DNA from: Kiritimatiellia bacterium
GTDB lineage: Bacteria; Verrucomicrobiota; Kiritimatiellia; RFP12; DVOR01
Length of the DNA: 64,000 nt
Direction of reading: 5' to 3'
Assembly: GCA_031553315.1 (NCBI GenBank)
Contig: JAVBLT010000007.1
Span: 104,576-168,575 of the forward strand
Shown: piece by piece, positions 49,585 to 60,046 of the stretch
How the letters are laid out: each line of letters opens with the position of its first letter
Numbering within the stretch: position 1 is the stretch's first letter
The notes under the pieces: model-generated
What the model was told of the DNA's origin: nothing
The model's database searches: none
Seen by the model: the letters and a program-made list of their open reading frames with translations, nothing else
Made by a program: the position numbers and the translations under genes

Positions 49585-49860
49585 CCTTTCTTCGTTCGTT
49601 TTTTCAGAAATGAACGCAACCTCATTTCCGCGAACGCGTGTTTTCATGCCGATTTTAAGCCGTAAAGGTAAACACATAACAAACAATCCGGCTTTTTTCT
49701 GTGGCTTGAAAACGAGGCGTATTATAGAAAAAAGGTGTCTGATTTGTCAACCGCATTTCGGTGATTTTTTCTTTTTACTGGTTTTCTCCCGCCGGTTATG
49801 CCATACTGCCTCACAGTGGCGATTGAGATTAGGTTGAAAATTTCACTGCACGAGGGTTTC

Positions 49861-51858
49861 ATGATGCGGAAACACAACAGTTTATTTTTCAAGGGGGCGT
49901 TGCTTGGCGCGCTCTTCCTCATGCCTGCCTTCGCGCGCGCTCAGGATAAACCCACAGAGATTACCTTCCGAAATGAGCAGCCGGCGAAGCTCGACTCGAA
50001 GGGCCGGAAAATCGAAACGATCGAGACTGACCGTAAAATCACGCTCGGTGAAGACGGCCTGCTCTCCTCCAAAGAGTATCGCGAGAAGCTCGCCGAGGAT
50101 GAACGCCTGCGCAAGCTGGCCAAGGAGTGCGGCGAGTGGTTCGAGCGGGTGCAGCTTTTAGACGCGAAAAAGCCCGGCGGCATGCTGGCCTACATCGAGG
50201 CGATGCGCATCTTCAAGGTGAGCGACGCGGTGAGGCGCGAAGAGGGCCGGGCGGCCTCGCAGCTCAAGGCCTCGCTCGACGAAATGCTGCGCCGGCGCGG
50301 CGGCGAGATCATGGTCGGCCCCGGGCACGGCGTCTCCATCGACGACCCGATGGAGCTGCTCCTGCTGCGCTATCAGAGCAACCTGGCGCAAAGCACGCCC
50401 GTGAAGGAGCTCAAGCCCGCGAAATCGGCCGACTTGTGGCCGGGCCCCGTGGCGAAAGAGGCGCAGCGCGTCACCAAAAAAGTTTACCTCAACTCGGCCG
50501 TGGGCGGTTGGCTCAGCACAGGGCTCTATGCGCCTCCCGGCGAAGTGATCCGCATCAGGGCGCTGACGCTGGGCGGGGGCGACAACCTGCGCGTGCAGAT
50601 CGGCTGCCATTCCGACAAGCTCGACCCGCAGATCATGGCGCTCAAGGAGGGCGGCGGCGTGGATAAAGAGGCGCCCATCAACCTCATGGCCGTGAAGATG
50701 GGCTGGCAGGAGATCACCGACAACCGCTCCCTCTGGCGCTGGCCCGATTGCGTGCGCTCGTTTAAAATCACCAAACGCAAGGCCGAGGTGGGCTTCGCCC
50801 TGGGCGGCATGCTTTATTTTCAGTATAGCGCGGGCAAGAGCGGCAAGATCATGGAGGTGGAGGTTTCGGGGTGCGTGGAAGCGCCGCGCTTCCGCCTGGG
50901 AATCGACACCAACGACGATTGGAACACCCGCCTCAGCAAGCTCCCCGCCCCCTGGGGCGAGCTGGAAACCAAAAACGTGATTCTCACCTTCCCCTCCAAT
51001 GCCGCCCGCAACGTGACCAACATGCTGGAGGTCGCCCAGTGGTGGGGCAAAGCCACCGCCATGCAATACCGCCTCTCCGGGCGCAAGCTCGCGACCGACT
51101 TCGGCAAAGACCACCTGCCCCGCCCCGAACGCCTGGTCGACGACACCCAGATCTCCATCGGCGCCGGCCACTCCGGCTACCCCATCATGCACATGGGCTG
51201 GAGCGGCGGCATGCTGAACCTGCGTTCGCTCAAAGCCGCCGGCAACTGGGGCTCCATGCACGAAATCGGGCACAACATGGGCCAAGGCGCCAACGGCGTC
51301 TACACCATTCCGGGCAACATCGAAGTCATCTGCAACTTCTACGGCACCTTCGTCATGAACAAGCTCAACGGCACCTCCCTGCGCCGCATCCACGCCGAAT
51401 CCTGGAAAAACGTCGCCGCAAAAATCAACGGCTCCGCCTACGGCTGGGCCCAGGCGCAAGTCTTCGAGCGCCTCGTCTTCTACATGACCCTGGCCGATTA
51501 TTTCGGCTGGGATCCCTTCCTCGAAGCCGTGAACGACACCGACAAAATCCCCAAAGAGTGCGACCAGCCCGTCGACCCCCTCCTCGTGCGCCTCTCCAAA
51601 TCGACCGGGCGCGACCTCACCCCTTATTTCGACATGTGGAAGCTGCGCTACTCCAAAGGCGCCGCCCGCTTCACCTCCAAATTCCCCCCATGGCCCGTTG
51701 AAGAAGAAAAAGCCAAACTCTTCGAAGACGACCCCTACGCCCACCTCGACGGCGAATCCTCCGAAGTCCGCGCCCCCTCCGACCCGTGCGACGTGAAGAC
51801 CAAACGCCAGCTCCGCAACTCCGGCAGCATGAACGCCCACACCGATCTCAATCACTAA
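49861..51858 (+). CDS. secreted zinc metallopeptidase, M60-like (enhancin-like) gluzincin
   Basis: Signal peptide; N-terminal coiled-coil; HEIGHN zinc motif with downstream Glu (…GNIE) about 20 aa later; 665 aa; RBS cgaggg. Confidence 0.55.
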   Translation: MMRKHNSLFFKGALLGALFLMPAFARAQDKPTEITFRNEQPAKLDSKGRKIETIETDRKITLGEDGLLSSKEYREKLAEDERLRKLAKECGEWFERVQLLDAKKPGGMLAYIEAMRIFKVSDAVRREEGRAASQLKASLDEMLRRRGGEIMVGPGHGVSIDDPMELLLLRYQSNLAQSTPVKELKPAKSADLWPGPVAKEAQRVTKKVYLNSAVGGWLSTGLYAPPGEVIRIRALTLGGGDNLRVQIGCHSDKLDPQIMALKEGGGVDKEAPINLMAVKMGWQEITDNRSLWRWPDCVRSFKITKRKAEVGFALGGMLYFQYSAGKSGKIMEVEVSGCVEAPRFRLGIDTNDDWNTRLSKLPAPWGELETKNVILTFPSNAARNVTNMLEVAQWWGKATAMQYRLSGRKLATDFGKDHLPRPERLVDDTQISIGAGHSGYPIMHMGWSGGMLNLRSLKAAGNWGSMHEIGHNMGQGANGVYTIPGNIEVICNFYGTFVMNKLNGTSLRRIHAESWKNVAAKINGSAYGWAQAQVFERLVFYMTLADYFGWDPFLEAVNDTDKIPKECDQPVDPLLVRLSKSTGRDLTPYFDMWKLRYSKGAARFTSKFPPWPVEEEKAKLFEDDPYAHLDGESSEVRAPSDPCDVKTKRQLRNSGSMNAHTDLNH

Positions 51859-51867
51859 GGAAACATC

Positions 51868-54800
51868 ATGAACCGCCACACCCTCCTCGCCGCCCTCACC
51901 CTCGCCGGCGCCGCCCTCACTGCGGCCGAGCCCGGAAGAGCAATCAGAATGATTCCCCAAAGCGGCATCTCCAAAACCTTTAAAATCGTCACCGATACCG
52001 ACATCGAGCTGAGCGTGCAATTCTTCCGGGCCGACGTGTTCCGCATCCTCGCCGCGCCCGGCGGCCACTATGCCGACCCCAAAAACAACCCCGAAAAAGC
52101 CCAGATCCTCGCCGACGCAACCGAAGACGCCTCCCGCGTGACCTTCGCCGACACCCCCGAGCACGCCACCTTCACCACCACCGCCCTCACCCTCACCCTC
52201 GACAAAGCCACCTGCCGCTTCACCCTCCTGCGCCCCGACGGCACCCCCATCTGGCAAGAGCTCGCCCCCCTCAACCTCACCTCCAACCTCACCACCCAGA
52301 CCCTCTCCTCAGCCCCCGCCGAATACTACTACGGCGGCGGCCAGCAAAACGGCCACTTCTCCCACAAAGGCACCCGAATCGACATCCGCGCCGACGGCAA
52401 ATGGGATGAAGGCGGCCACCCCAACCCCGCCCCCTTCTACATGAGCAACGCCGGCTACGGCACCCTCCGCCACACCTTCTCCCCCGGCGCCTACGACTTC
52501 ACCGACAATTCCCGCATCACCCTCCAACACAACGAAAACCGCTTCGACGCCCTCTACTTCGTGGCCCCCACCTTCAACCGCATCATCGACCTCTACACCC
52601 AGTTTACCGGCCGCCCCAATTTCCTCCCCATCTGGGGGCTCGAGCTCGGCGACGCCGACGCGTATATGACCCGCGACAAAGAAACCAAAGCCCCCAAACA
52701 GCGCGACGACGGCACCTACGTGGAAATCACCCCCGACGCCATCCCCGTGGCCCAATCCTACCGTGAACACGACATGCCCGGCGGCTGGATCCTCGTGAAC
52801 GACGGCTACGGCTGCGGCCACCTCCAGCTCCCCTACACCGTCAAAGCCCTCGCCTCCCTCGGCTTCCACACCGGCCTCTGGACCGAAGGCGCCCTCGACC
52901 TCACCGCCTGGGAAGTCGGCACCGCCGGCACCCGCGTCCAAAAGCTCGACGTGGCCTGGACCGGCCCCGCCTACCAGCACGCCCTCGAATGCAACCGCAT
53001 CGCCCACACCTCCCTCGAAACCAACTCCGACAGCCGGGGCTTCGTCTGGACCGTCCAGGGCTGGGCCGGCACCCAGCGCTACGGCATCTGCTGGACCGGC
53101 GACCAATACGGATCCTGGGACCTCATCCGCTACCACATCCCCACCCTCACCGGATCCGGCCTCTCCGGCCAGGCCTACGCCACAACCGACGTCGACGGCA
53201 TCTTCGGCGGCTCCCCCGAAACCTACACCCGCGACCTCCAGTGGAAATGCTTCACTCCCGCCCTCTACGTGATGAACGGCTGGAGCAACCTCAACAAATC
53301 ACCCTGGGCCTACCCCGAACCCTACCGCAGCATCAACCGCGATTACCTCAAGCTCAAGATGCGCCTCACCCCCCTCCTCTACACCTACTGCCGCCAGGCC
53401 TACGACACCGGCGCACCCATCGTCCGCCCCCTCCTCTGGAACTACCCCCAAGACCCCAAAACCTGGGACAACACCACCCAATACCAATTCATGCTCGGCA
53501 GCGAGCTCCTCATCGCCCCCGTCTACACCAGCATGAAAGTCAACCGAGGCTGGCGCAAAAACATCTACCTCCCCCAAGGCGCCTGGGTCGATTATCACGA
53601 CGGCCGCCTTACCACCGGCCCCGCCACCCTCGAAGCCTACCCCGTCACCCTCGAAAAGCTCCCCGTCTTCGTCCGCGCCGGCGCCATCATCCCCATGTAC
53701 CCCGAAATGCTCTACAACAACCAGCGCCCCAAAGACCCCCTCACCTTCGACGTCTACCCCCACGGCCGCACCGCCTTCACCCTGTATGAAGACGACGGCC
53801 TCACCCGCGCCTACAAAACCGGCGCCTACACCACCCAGACCATCACCTGCGCCGCCCCTGAAGACGGCCTCCCCGGCGACATCCTCATCACCCTCGCCCC
53901 CCCCTCCGGCGACTACCAGGGCAAGCCCCACACCCGCGCCTACACCTTCCAGATCCACACCCGCGCCGCCCCCCGCCACATCATGCTCGGCGACCAGGAG
54001 CTCCTGCGCCTGACCGCCACCAACAACCTCCAGACCGCCTACGACAACGCCCTCCAAACCTGGTACCACGACCCCGCCGACCGCCACGGCATCCTCCACA
54101 TCAAGCTCGCCCCCCGCCCCACCGGCCAGCCCCTCACCCTTCACATCGCCCACAACCCCGCCGCCGAAATCGCACCCACACCGCCCTACCCCGTCCCTGA
54201 AATCACCCACGAGCTCGACAAAACCGAATTCACCCTCACCTGCGATTCCGAGCAAGGCGGCTCCGGCATCAACAACGCCTTCGACGGTTCCCCCGAAACC
54301 ATCTGGCACTCCAACTACGGCAAAAAAGACCCCGAACACACCCACCCCTACACCATCACCATCGACCTCGGCCGCCTCGCCGCCGTCAACGGCCTCGGCT
54401 ACCTTCCCCGCCAGAACTTCGGCAACGGCTCCATCAAAGGCTACGAAATCTACCTCAGCCGCCACCCCGGCACATTCGGCGCCCCCGTTGCCAAAGGCGA
54501 ATTTCAAAGAGAATACCTCGACCCCGCCGCCGAAAAGAAAGAACCCAAATACCAGACCGTCGGCTTTACCCCCACCTGGGCCCGCCACATGCAAATCAAA
54601 GTGCTCAGCTCCCTCGGAGGCGACCGCTTCGGCTCCGCAGCCGAGTTCGACATCCTCCAAGACCTCGACCAGCCCCCCCTCCCCGATGAAAACCTGTATC
54701 TGGCCGACCTCAAACCCCTCCGCGCCACCGGCCCCTACGCCAACGACAAAGGCCTCAAAGCACCCGCCATCCGCGTCGACGACACCCCCTGGGCCCGCGG

Positions 54801-55110
54801 CACCACCGTCCGGGCCGGCACCGAGCTCACCTACCCCCTCGACGGCACCTACGACCGCCTCATGGGCCATGTCGGCATGGAAGACGCGCAGGGCGACGGC
54901 GGCCTCGTCACCTTCCGCGTCTTCGCCGACGACCAGATGATCTTCGAACGCCTCGGCATGTACGGCGCCCAAGTCAAACAACTTCTCGACGTAAACATCC
55001 CCCCCGCCGCCAAAGAACTCCGCCTCACCCTCACCCCCGAGCCCGGCGGCTCCCCCGCCGACACCGGCGTGTGGGTCGATACCCGCCTCGTGCGCAAAGG
55101 CAGTGAATAG
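51868..55110 (+). CDS. glycoside hydrolase family 31 with C-terminal F5/8 type C (CBM32-like) and NPCBM domains
   Basis: 9-nt gap after peptidase gene; GH31 catalytic blocks GWILVNDGYG and YGICWTGDQYGSWD; CBM32 block NNAFDGSPETIWHSNY…GYEIYLS; NPCBM block LYLADLKPL…VTFRVFADD; 1080 aa. Confidence 0.8.
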   Translation: MNRHTLLAALTLAGAALTAAEPGRAIRMIPQSGISKTFKIVTDTDIELSVQFFRADVFRILAAPGGHYADPKNNPEKAQILADATEDASRVTFADTPEHATFTTTALTLTLDKATCRFTLLRPDGTPIWQELAPLNLTSNLTTQTLSSAPAEYYYGGGQQNGHFSHKGTRIDIRADGKWDEGGHPNPAPFYMSNAGYGTLRHTFSPGAYDFTDNSRITLQHNENRFDALYFVAPTFNRIIDLYTQFTGRPNFLPIWGLELGDADAYMTRDKETKAPKQRDDGTYVEITPDAIPVAQSYREHDMPGGWILVNDGYGCGHLQLPYTVKALASLGFHTGLWTEGALDLTAWEVGTAGTRVQKLDVAWTGPAYQHALECNRIAHTSLETNSDSRGFVWTVQGWAGTQRYGICWTGDQYGSWDLIRYHIPTLTGSGLSGQAYATTDVDGIFGGSPETYTRDLQWKCFTPALYVMNGWSNLNKSPWAYPEPYRSINRDYLKLKMRLTPLLYTYCRQAYDTGAPIVRPLLWNYPQDPKTWDNTTQYQFMLGSELLIAPVYTSMKVNRGWRKNIYLPQGAWVDYHDGRLTTGPATLEAYPVTLEKLPVFVRAGAIIPMYPEMLYNNQRPKDPLTFDVYPHGRTAFTLYEDDGLTRAYKTGAYTTQTITCAAPEDGLPGDILITLAPPSGDYQGKPHTRAYTFQIHTRAAPRHIMLGDQELLRLTATNNLQTAYDNALQTWYHDPADRHGILHIKLAPRPTGQPLTLHIAHNPAAEIAPTPPYPVPEITHELDKTEFTLTCDSEQGGSGINNAFDGSPETIWHSNYGKKDPEHTHPYTITIDLGRLAAVNGLGYLPRQNFGNGSIKGYEIYLSRHPGTFGAPVAKGEFQREYLDPAAEKKEPKYQTVGFTPTWARHMQIKVLSSLGGDRFGSAAEFDILQDLDQPPLPDENLYLADLKPLRATGPYANDKGLKAPAIRVDDTPWARGTTVRAGTELTYPLDGTYDRLMGHVGMEDAQGDGGLVTFRVFADDQMIFERLGMYGAQVKQLLDVNIPPAAKELRLTLTPEPGGSPADTGVWVDTRLVRKGSE

Positions 55111-55125
55111 ACCGACCCCCTTGAA

Positions 55126-55554
55126 ATGACACAAGCCGTTTTAGCGCTCGGCTCCAACATGGGCGACCGCGCCCGGTGGCTCCGCTTTGCCCGGCGGGAA
55201 ATCGCCGCCCTGCCCGAAACCCGCCTGCTGAAAACCGCCAGTGATTACGACACCGCCCCGGTCGGCGTGCCTGAAGCCTTTCAAGGCCGGCGCTTCCTCA
55301 ACAGCGCCGTCCTCATCGAAACCGCGCTTTCCCCCCACGCCCTTCTCGCGGCCTGCCATGAAATCGAGCGCAACGCGGGCCGCGTCCGCACCATCCCAAA
55401 CGGCCCTCGCCCGCTCGATATCGACATCATCCTCTACGGCGATCTCCGCCTCGCCGCCCCCGAGCTCACCCTGCCGCACCCCCGCGCCCGCGAGCGTGAA
55501 TTCGTTTTGGCGCCCTTGCGCGAACTCTTCCCCGAAGGCCTCCCTCCGCTCTGA
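55126..55554 (+). CDS. folK: 2-amino-4-hydroxy-6-hydroxymethyldihydropteridine pyrophosphokinase
   Basis: LALGSNMGDR N-terminus, PRPLDIDIILYGD, LPHPRAREREFVLAPL motifs; 142 aa. Confidence 0.85.
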   Translation: MTQAVLALGSNMGDRARWLRFARREIAALPETRLLKTASDYDTAPVGVPEAFQGRRFLNSAVLIETALSPHALLAACHEIERNAGRVRTIPNGPRPLDIDIILYGDLRLAAPELTLPHPRAREREFVLAPLRELFPEGLPPL

Positions 55555-55558
55555 AATG

Positions 55559-55600
55559 AAAAAACCCGATCCGGGCCGAGTTGAGTCGGCCTGAATCGGG
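55559..55600 (-). terminator. intrinsic terminator for minus-strand cysE-metXW transcript (between convergent folK and cysE)
   Basis: Nested dyad CCCGAT…GGCCGA-gttgag-TCGGCC…ATCGGG followed on the minus strand by U6 (plus-strand A6 at 55559-55564). Confidence 0.55.
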
Positions 55601-55615
55601 TTGAATCGAAAAAAT

Positions 55616-56524
55616 CTACGCCTTGCCGTTTTTGATGACCGGCGCGGGATCCTGGTTGTAGACCTTGCTGCCGGGAGGCACCGAGTGAATGAGCCAGACG
55701 TTGCCCCCGATCACCGAATCGCGGCCGATGGTGGTATCGCCGCCCAGAATCGTGGCGCCGGCGTAGATGACCACATGGTCTTCCACATTCGGGTGGCGCT
55801 TGATGTCTTTCACGAGGCGGCCCTTCTCGTCTTTCGCGAAGCTGAGCGCGCCGAGGGTGACGCCCTGGTAGAGCTTCACCCGGCGGCCGATCGAGCAGGT
55901 CTCGCCGATCACCACCCCGGTGCCGTGGTCGATGAAAAAGCCCGGACCGATGGTCGCGCCGGGGTGGATGTCGATCCCCGTGCGGGAATGGGCGTGTTCG
56001 CTCATCACGCGGGGGAGGAGGTGCACGCCGTGGCGGTAGAGCTCGTGGGCGATGCGGTGCACGGCCACCGCGTAGAGCCCGGGGTACGACATCACGATTT
56101 CCATCGTGGAGTGCGCCGCGGGGTCGCCTTCATACGCGGCCTCGATGTCTTCCCCCAGCATCCGCTTGATTTCGGGAAAGGCCGCGAGCAGGCAGGCGAC
56201 CACGTTTTCCGCGCGGTCTGTGCAGGCCGCGCAGGTGGCGCAGGTGCCGGTCGAGCAGGTGTAAGCGTCGACCCGCGCGATCTGATCTGTCAGGCGCTCG
56301 GCGATGGAGGTGATTTCGCGCTCGAAATAGTCCGCGTCGGGGGTGACGGGGCCATGGCCGAGGCAGCCGGGAAAAAGCACCCCCAGCATGGCCTCAAGCA
56401 CCTCCACCACGGCTTCCCGCCCGGGCAGGTTCACCTCGCGGGCGGTGTTGACGCCGGAACAGTTGCGGCAGGGAGAAAATGCGGCTGAAAGCTGACGGAT
56501 CTGTTCGGCGATGCGCTCATTCAT
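55616..56524 (-). CDS. cysE: serine O-acetyltransferase
   Basis: SATase N-terminal helical domain + hexapeptide-repeat region ([28 protein letters not shown]); 302 aa. Confidence 0.85.
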   Translation of the reverse strand: MNERIAEQIRQLSAAFSPCRNCSGVNTAREVNLPGREAVVEVLEAMLGVLFPGCLGHGPVTPDADYFEREITSIAERLTDQIARVDAYTCSTGTCATCAACTDRAENVVACLLAAFPEIKRMLGEDIEAAYEGDPAAHSTMEIVMSYPGLYAVAVHRIAHELYRHGVHLLPRVMSEHAHSRTGIDIHPGATIGPGFFIDHGTGVVIGETCSIGRRVKLYQGVTLGALSFAKDEKGRLVKDIKRHPNVEDHVVIYAGATILGGDTTIGRDSVIGGNVWLIHSVPPGSKVYNQDPAPVIKNGKA

Positions 56525-58439
56525 GCGGTGAACCGTTTCCTTTTTTTTCCTGTGTGAGGCGAATCAACACCCGGTCGGCGCCGAGGTTGCGGTGGCAGAA
56601 GAAGATCAGAAAGCGCCCGATGCGGCTCGCGGAATGCGTCGCCACGATTTTGGCCTTGATCCCGGCCGTTTTGCAGGCAATGAGAAAATCATCGAGCGTG
56701 CAGAGGTGAATGTTGGGCGTGTCGTACCACTCATACGGGAGCGCCTTCGCCTTGGGCATGCGCCCCTTGAAAAGCAGATACAGCCGAACCGGCAGATAAC
56801 CGAAATTGGGAAACGAGACCACCGCCTCCCTGCCCACGCGCAACAGCTGCTCCAGCACGCGGTCGGGGCGTTTCACCACCTGAATGGTGTAGCTGAGCAC
56901 GGCGGTATCGAACGAATCATCGGGGATGATGCTCAGCTCGTCTTCCATATCCTCCATGATCACATCGAGCCCCGCGTGCAGGCTCAGGAGCACCTGGTCG
57001 AGGCGGATCTCAACGCCGATGCACGAAGCCTGCTTCATGATCGCCAGGCGTTTGAGCAGAGCGCCGTCGCCGCAGCCCAAATCGAGCACGCGGGCGCCCT
57101 GAGGCACAAGGTTGAGGAAATCGCGGTAAAAGGGATGGGAATCGCGGGAAACGGGGATCTCGTCTTCCATCTTCAGCGCCGTGAGAAAGGCGCGGATGAC
57201 CTGCTTGAGCTCCGTGATGTGGGTGAGAAACGCGTCGTGCCCCGCCGGCGCGTCGAGGTGGCAATAAGAAACATGCCTGCGCTGGCGCAGCAGCGCGCTC
57301 ACCATCGTCTGCGCCTGATCGGGCGTGAACAGCCAATCGCCGCTGAGCGACACAATCAGAATGCGCGCCTTGACCTTCGCGAACGCATCTTCCAGCGAGC
57401 CGTAGCGCTCGCCGAGGTCAAATGAATCCATCGCCCGCGTAATCTGCAAATAGGAATTGGCGTCGAAGCGCTGCACGAACTTCTCGCCTTGATATTCGAG
57501 ATAACTCTCGATTTGGAAATAGGTTTTGAAGTCTCGCCTGGCCCTGTCGTGATAGTCGCTTTCATCGTTCATCCAATCGGGGCGCTTCACGCGGCCAAAC
57601 TTATCCTCCATCATCTCCTGCGAAAGATAGGTGATGTGCGCCAGCTTGCGCGCGCTCGCCAACCCCTGGTTCGGTTTCAGCGGCGAGGAATAATAATCGC
57701 CCTGCTGCCAGTTGGGATCCTGCACAATCGCATGGCGGCCCACAATGTCAAACGCCAGCGCCTGCGTATTGAGGCTCGCCGCCGACGCCACCACCACGCA
57801 GTGATCCATATCGTCGGGATACTGCACCGCCCACTCCAGCACCTGCATTCCCCCGAAGCTGCCGCCCACCACCGCCGCCAGGCGCCTGAAACCCAGCTGC
57901 CGAACCAGCATCCGGTGCACCGTCACAATATCGCCCACCGTCGTTTCCGGAAAGGCCGAGCCGTAGTGCCGCCCCGTGGCCGGATTGATCGAAGCCGGCC
58001 CCGTGGTGCCCTTGCACCCGCCCAGGATATTCGCGCAAATCACATAATAGCGATCCGTGTCGATCCCCTTGCCCGGGCCGATCATCCCCTCCCACCAGCC
58101 CGAAGGCTTTTCGGAAGCCACGTTTTCCCCCGGCCTGAACCCCGCCACATGCGCATCTCCCGTGAGCGCATGGCAGACAAAGACCACATTGTCCTGCTTC
58201 TCATTCAGCGCTCCAAACGCCTCGTAGCGGACAATCACCTCCCGCAGCGCCCCGCCCTTTTCCAGCGGGAACCCCCCGGCCGGAAGCTCCAGCCGCAAAT
58301 CATGCGGTTCCACCACCCCCACAGGGTGGCGCGAAGGCTGCCGTTTATGCTCAAAATCAGTAGTCATCAGGCAAATATTCCCGCGGTTGGCTTCAATGCA
58401 ATGGAAATTCATCAGCTCGACGGTGTAGTTTACGGACAA
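56517..58439 (-). CDS. metX: fused homoserine O-acetyltransferase (MetX) + MetW methyltransferase-like domain
   Basis: MetX alpha/beta-hydrolase nucleophile elbow VVGGSFGG and N-terminal [11 protein letters not shown]; C-terminal SAM-MT-like block [12 protein letters not shown]; 640 aa; true start probably one of the internal Met (aa 10 or 25). Confidence 0.8.
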   Translation of the reverse strand: MSVNYTVELMNFHCIEANRGNICLMTTDFEHKRQPSRHPVGVVEPHDLRLELPAGGFPLEKGGALREVIVRYEAFGALNEKQDNVVFVCHALTGDAHVAGFRPGENVASEKPSGWWEGMIGPGKGIDTDRYYVICANILGGCKGTTGPASINPATGRHYGSAFPETTVGDIVTVHRMLVRQLGFRRLAAVVGGSFGGMQVLEWAVQYPDDMDHCVVVASAASLNTQALAFDIVGRHAIVQDPNWQQGDYYSSPLKPNQGLASARKLAHITYLSQEMMEDKFGRVKRPDWMNDESDYHDRARRDFKTYFQIESYLEYQGEKFVQRFDANSYLQITRAMDSFDLGERYGSLEDAFAKVKARILIVSLSGDWLFTPDQAQTMVSALLRQRRHVSYCHLDAPAGHDAFLTHITELKQVIRAFLTALKMEDEIPVSRDSHPFYRDFLNLVPQGARVLDLGCGDGALLKRLAIMKQASCIGVEIRLDQVLLSLHAGLDVIMEDMEDELSIIPDDSFDTAVLSYTIQVVKRPDRVLEQLLRVGREAVVSFPNFGYLPVRLYLLFKGRMPKAKALPYEWYDTPNIHLCTLDDFLIACKTAGIKAKIVATHSASRIGRFLIFFCHRNLGADRVLIRLTQEKKGNGSPHE

Positions 58440-58572
58440 AACCCCACCGGGTCAAGGTCGATTCGCGAAAAGGCCCGCGCAATTTACAATTAGCGTGTTT
58501 TTCATTTTTACTGCTTGCCTTCAACGCCTTTTCAGTGCATGATACCACACTCATTCAAGGAGTGGAAAAGAG

Positions 58573-59157
58573 ATGAATAAGAACCGCCTTTTAAAAATCA
58601 GCGGCCTGAACCTCGCCGCAATCGCCGCAATCGCAATAACAGCAATCACCGCATGCCGTTCGGACGACACTCTCAAGCCTCTCAACCGCCGCATGACCTC
58701 CGACGGCACCGTCATGCGCTGGACCGAGCGCTGGTTCGGCGAACAGGCCCGCGCCCTCATCATCCCCGGATCCCCCATCTTCGAAGTCGTCTACGGCGAC
58801 ACCAGCGTCGGCTTCGTCTACCGGACCGACGAAGTCCCCCCCGCCGTCAAAGGCAAACGCGGCGAAATCAGCGTGTTGGTCGGGGTCGATTTTGAGAAAA
58901 ACCTCAAAGGCGTCAACCCCGTCAAATGGAGCGAAGACGCCAAATACTTCGAGAAAATCACCCCCGAATTCATCGAGACCTTCATCGGCTACAACGCCCT
59001 CGACAACCCCCGCGTGCCCGACGCCGTCACCGGAGCCACCCTTTCCTCCACCGCGATCATTCAAGACGTCATCCTCTCCATCGACCCCGTCTTCGAGCGC
59101 GACGAAGTCAAAACCATCCTTCAAAAAGCCCACCTCCACGCCCAATTGGAAGATTAA
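58573..59157 (+). CDS. FMN-binding-domain lipoprotein
   Basis: Lipoprotein-like signal (…AITACRSDD); C-terminal FMN_bind signature VTGATLSSTAI; 194 aa. Confidence 0.6.
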   Translation: MNKNRLLKISGLNLAAIAAIAITAITACRSDDTLKPLNRRMTSDGTVMRWTERWFGEQARALIIPGSPIFEVVYGDTSVGFVYRTDEVPPAVKGKRGEISVLVGVDFEKNLKGVNPVKWSEDAKYFEKITPEFIETFIGYNALDNPRVPDAVTGATLSSTAIIQDVILSIDPVFERDEVKTILQKAHLHAQLED

Positions 59158-59161
59158 TACC

Positions 59162-60034
59162 ATGCTTAAACTCCAAGGCACCTTCAGCGCCCTCGTCACC
59201 CCCTTCAACCGCGATGGAACCGTCGACTACGGCCGCCTCCATGAACTCGTGCGCTGGCAGCTCCACGAAGGCGTGACCGGGCTCGTCCCCGTCGGCACCA
59301 CCGGCGAATCGCCCACCCTCGACGAACGCGAGCACATCCGCGTGATCGAAGCCACCGCCGCCGCCGCCGAAGGCCGAGGCGCCATCATCGCCGGAACCGG
59401 CGCCAACTCCACCGCCGAAGCCCTCCGCCTCACGCGCGACGCCCTCTCGATCGGCGTCGACGCCACCCTTCAGGTGACCCCCTACTACAACAAGCCCAAC
59501 GCCGAAGGCCTCTACCGCCACTTCTCCCAAGTGGCCGACCTGGGCCTGCCCGTGGTGCTGTACAACGTCCCCGGCCGATCCGCCAAAGAAATACCCCTCC
59601 CCGTGATCCAGCGCCTCGCCGCGCACCCCCAAATCGTCGCCGTCAAAGAAGCCGCCGGCAGCGTCGACCGCGTCAGCGCCATCCGCAACTGCTGCGACCT
59701 CACCGTGCTTTCCGGCGACGACAGCCTCACCCTCCCCATGATTGCCGTCGGCGCCACCGGCGTCATCAGCGTCTGCTCCAACGTCATCCCCCGCGAAATG
59801 TCGGACCTCGTCGCCCTCGCGCTGGAGGGCGACTTCGCCGCCGCCCGCCGCATCCACGACCGCTGCTACCCCCTCTTCCGCGACATGTTCTGCGACACCA
59901 ACCCCATCCCCGTCAAAGCCGCCCTCGCCATGATGGGCAAGCTCGACCTCACCTACCGCCTTCCCCTCTGCGAGCCCGACGAACCCACCGCCCAGCGCAT
60001 CCGCGCCACCCTCGCCGCCCTGGGCATCATTTAA
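59162..60034 (+). CDS. dapA: 4-hydroxy-tetrahydrodipicolinate synthase
   Basis: GLVPVGTTGESPTL, YNKP, YNVPGRS and active-site Lys block IVAVKEA; 290 aa. Confidence 0.9.
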   Translation: MLKLQGTFSALVTPFNRDGTVDYGRLHELVRWQLHEGVTGLVPVGTTGESPTLDEREHIRVIEATAAAAEGRGAIIAGTGANSTAEALRLTRDALSIGVDATLQVTPYYNKPNAEGLYRHFSQVADLGLPVVLYNVPGRSAKEIPLPVIQRLAAHPQIVAVKEAAGSVDRVSAIRNCCDLTVLSGDDSLTLPMIAVGATGVISVCSNVIPREMSDLVALALEGDFAAARRIHDRCYPLFRDMFCDTNPIPVKAALAMMGKLDLTYRLPLCEPDEPTAQRIRATLAALGII

Positions 60035-60046
60035 GGATTTTCCGCC

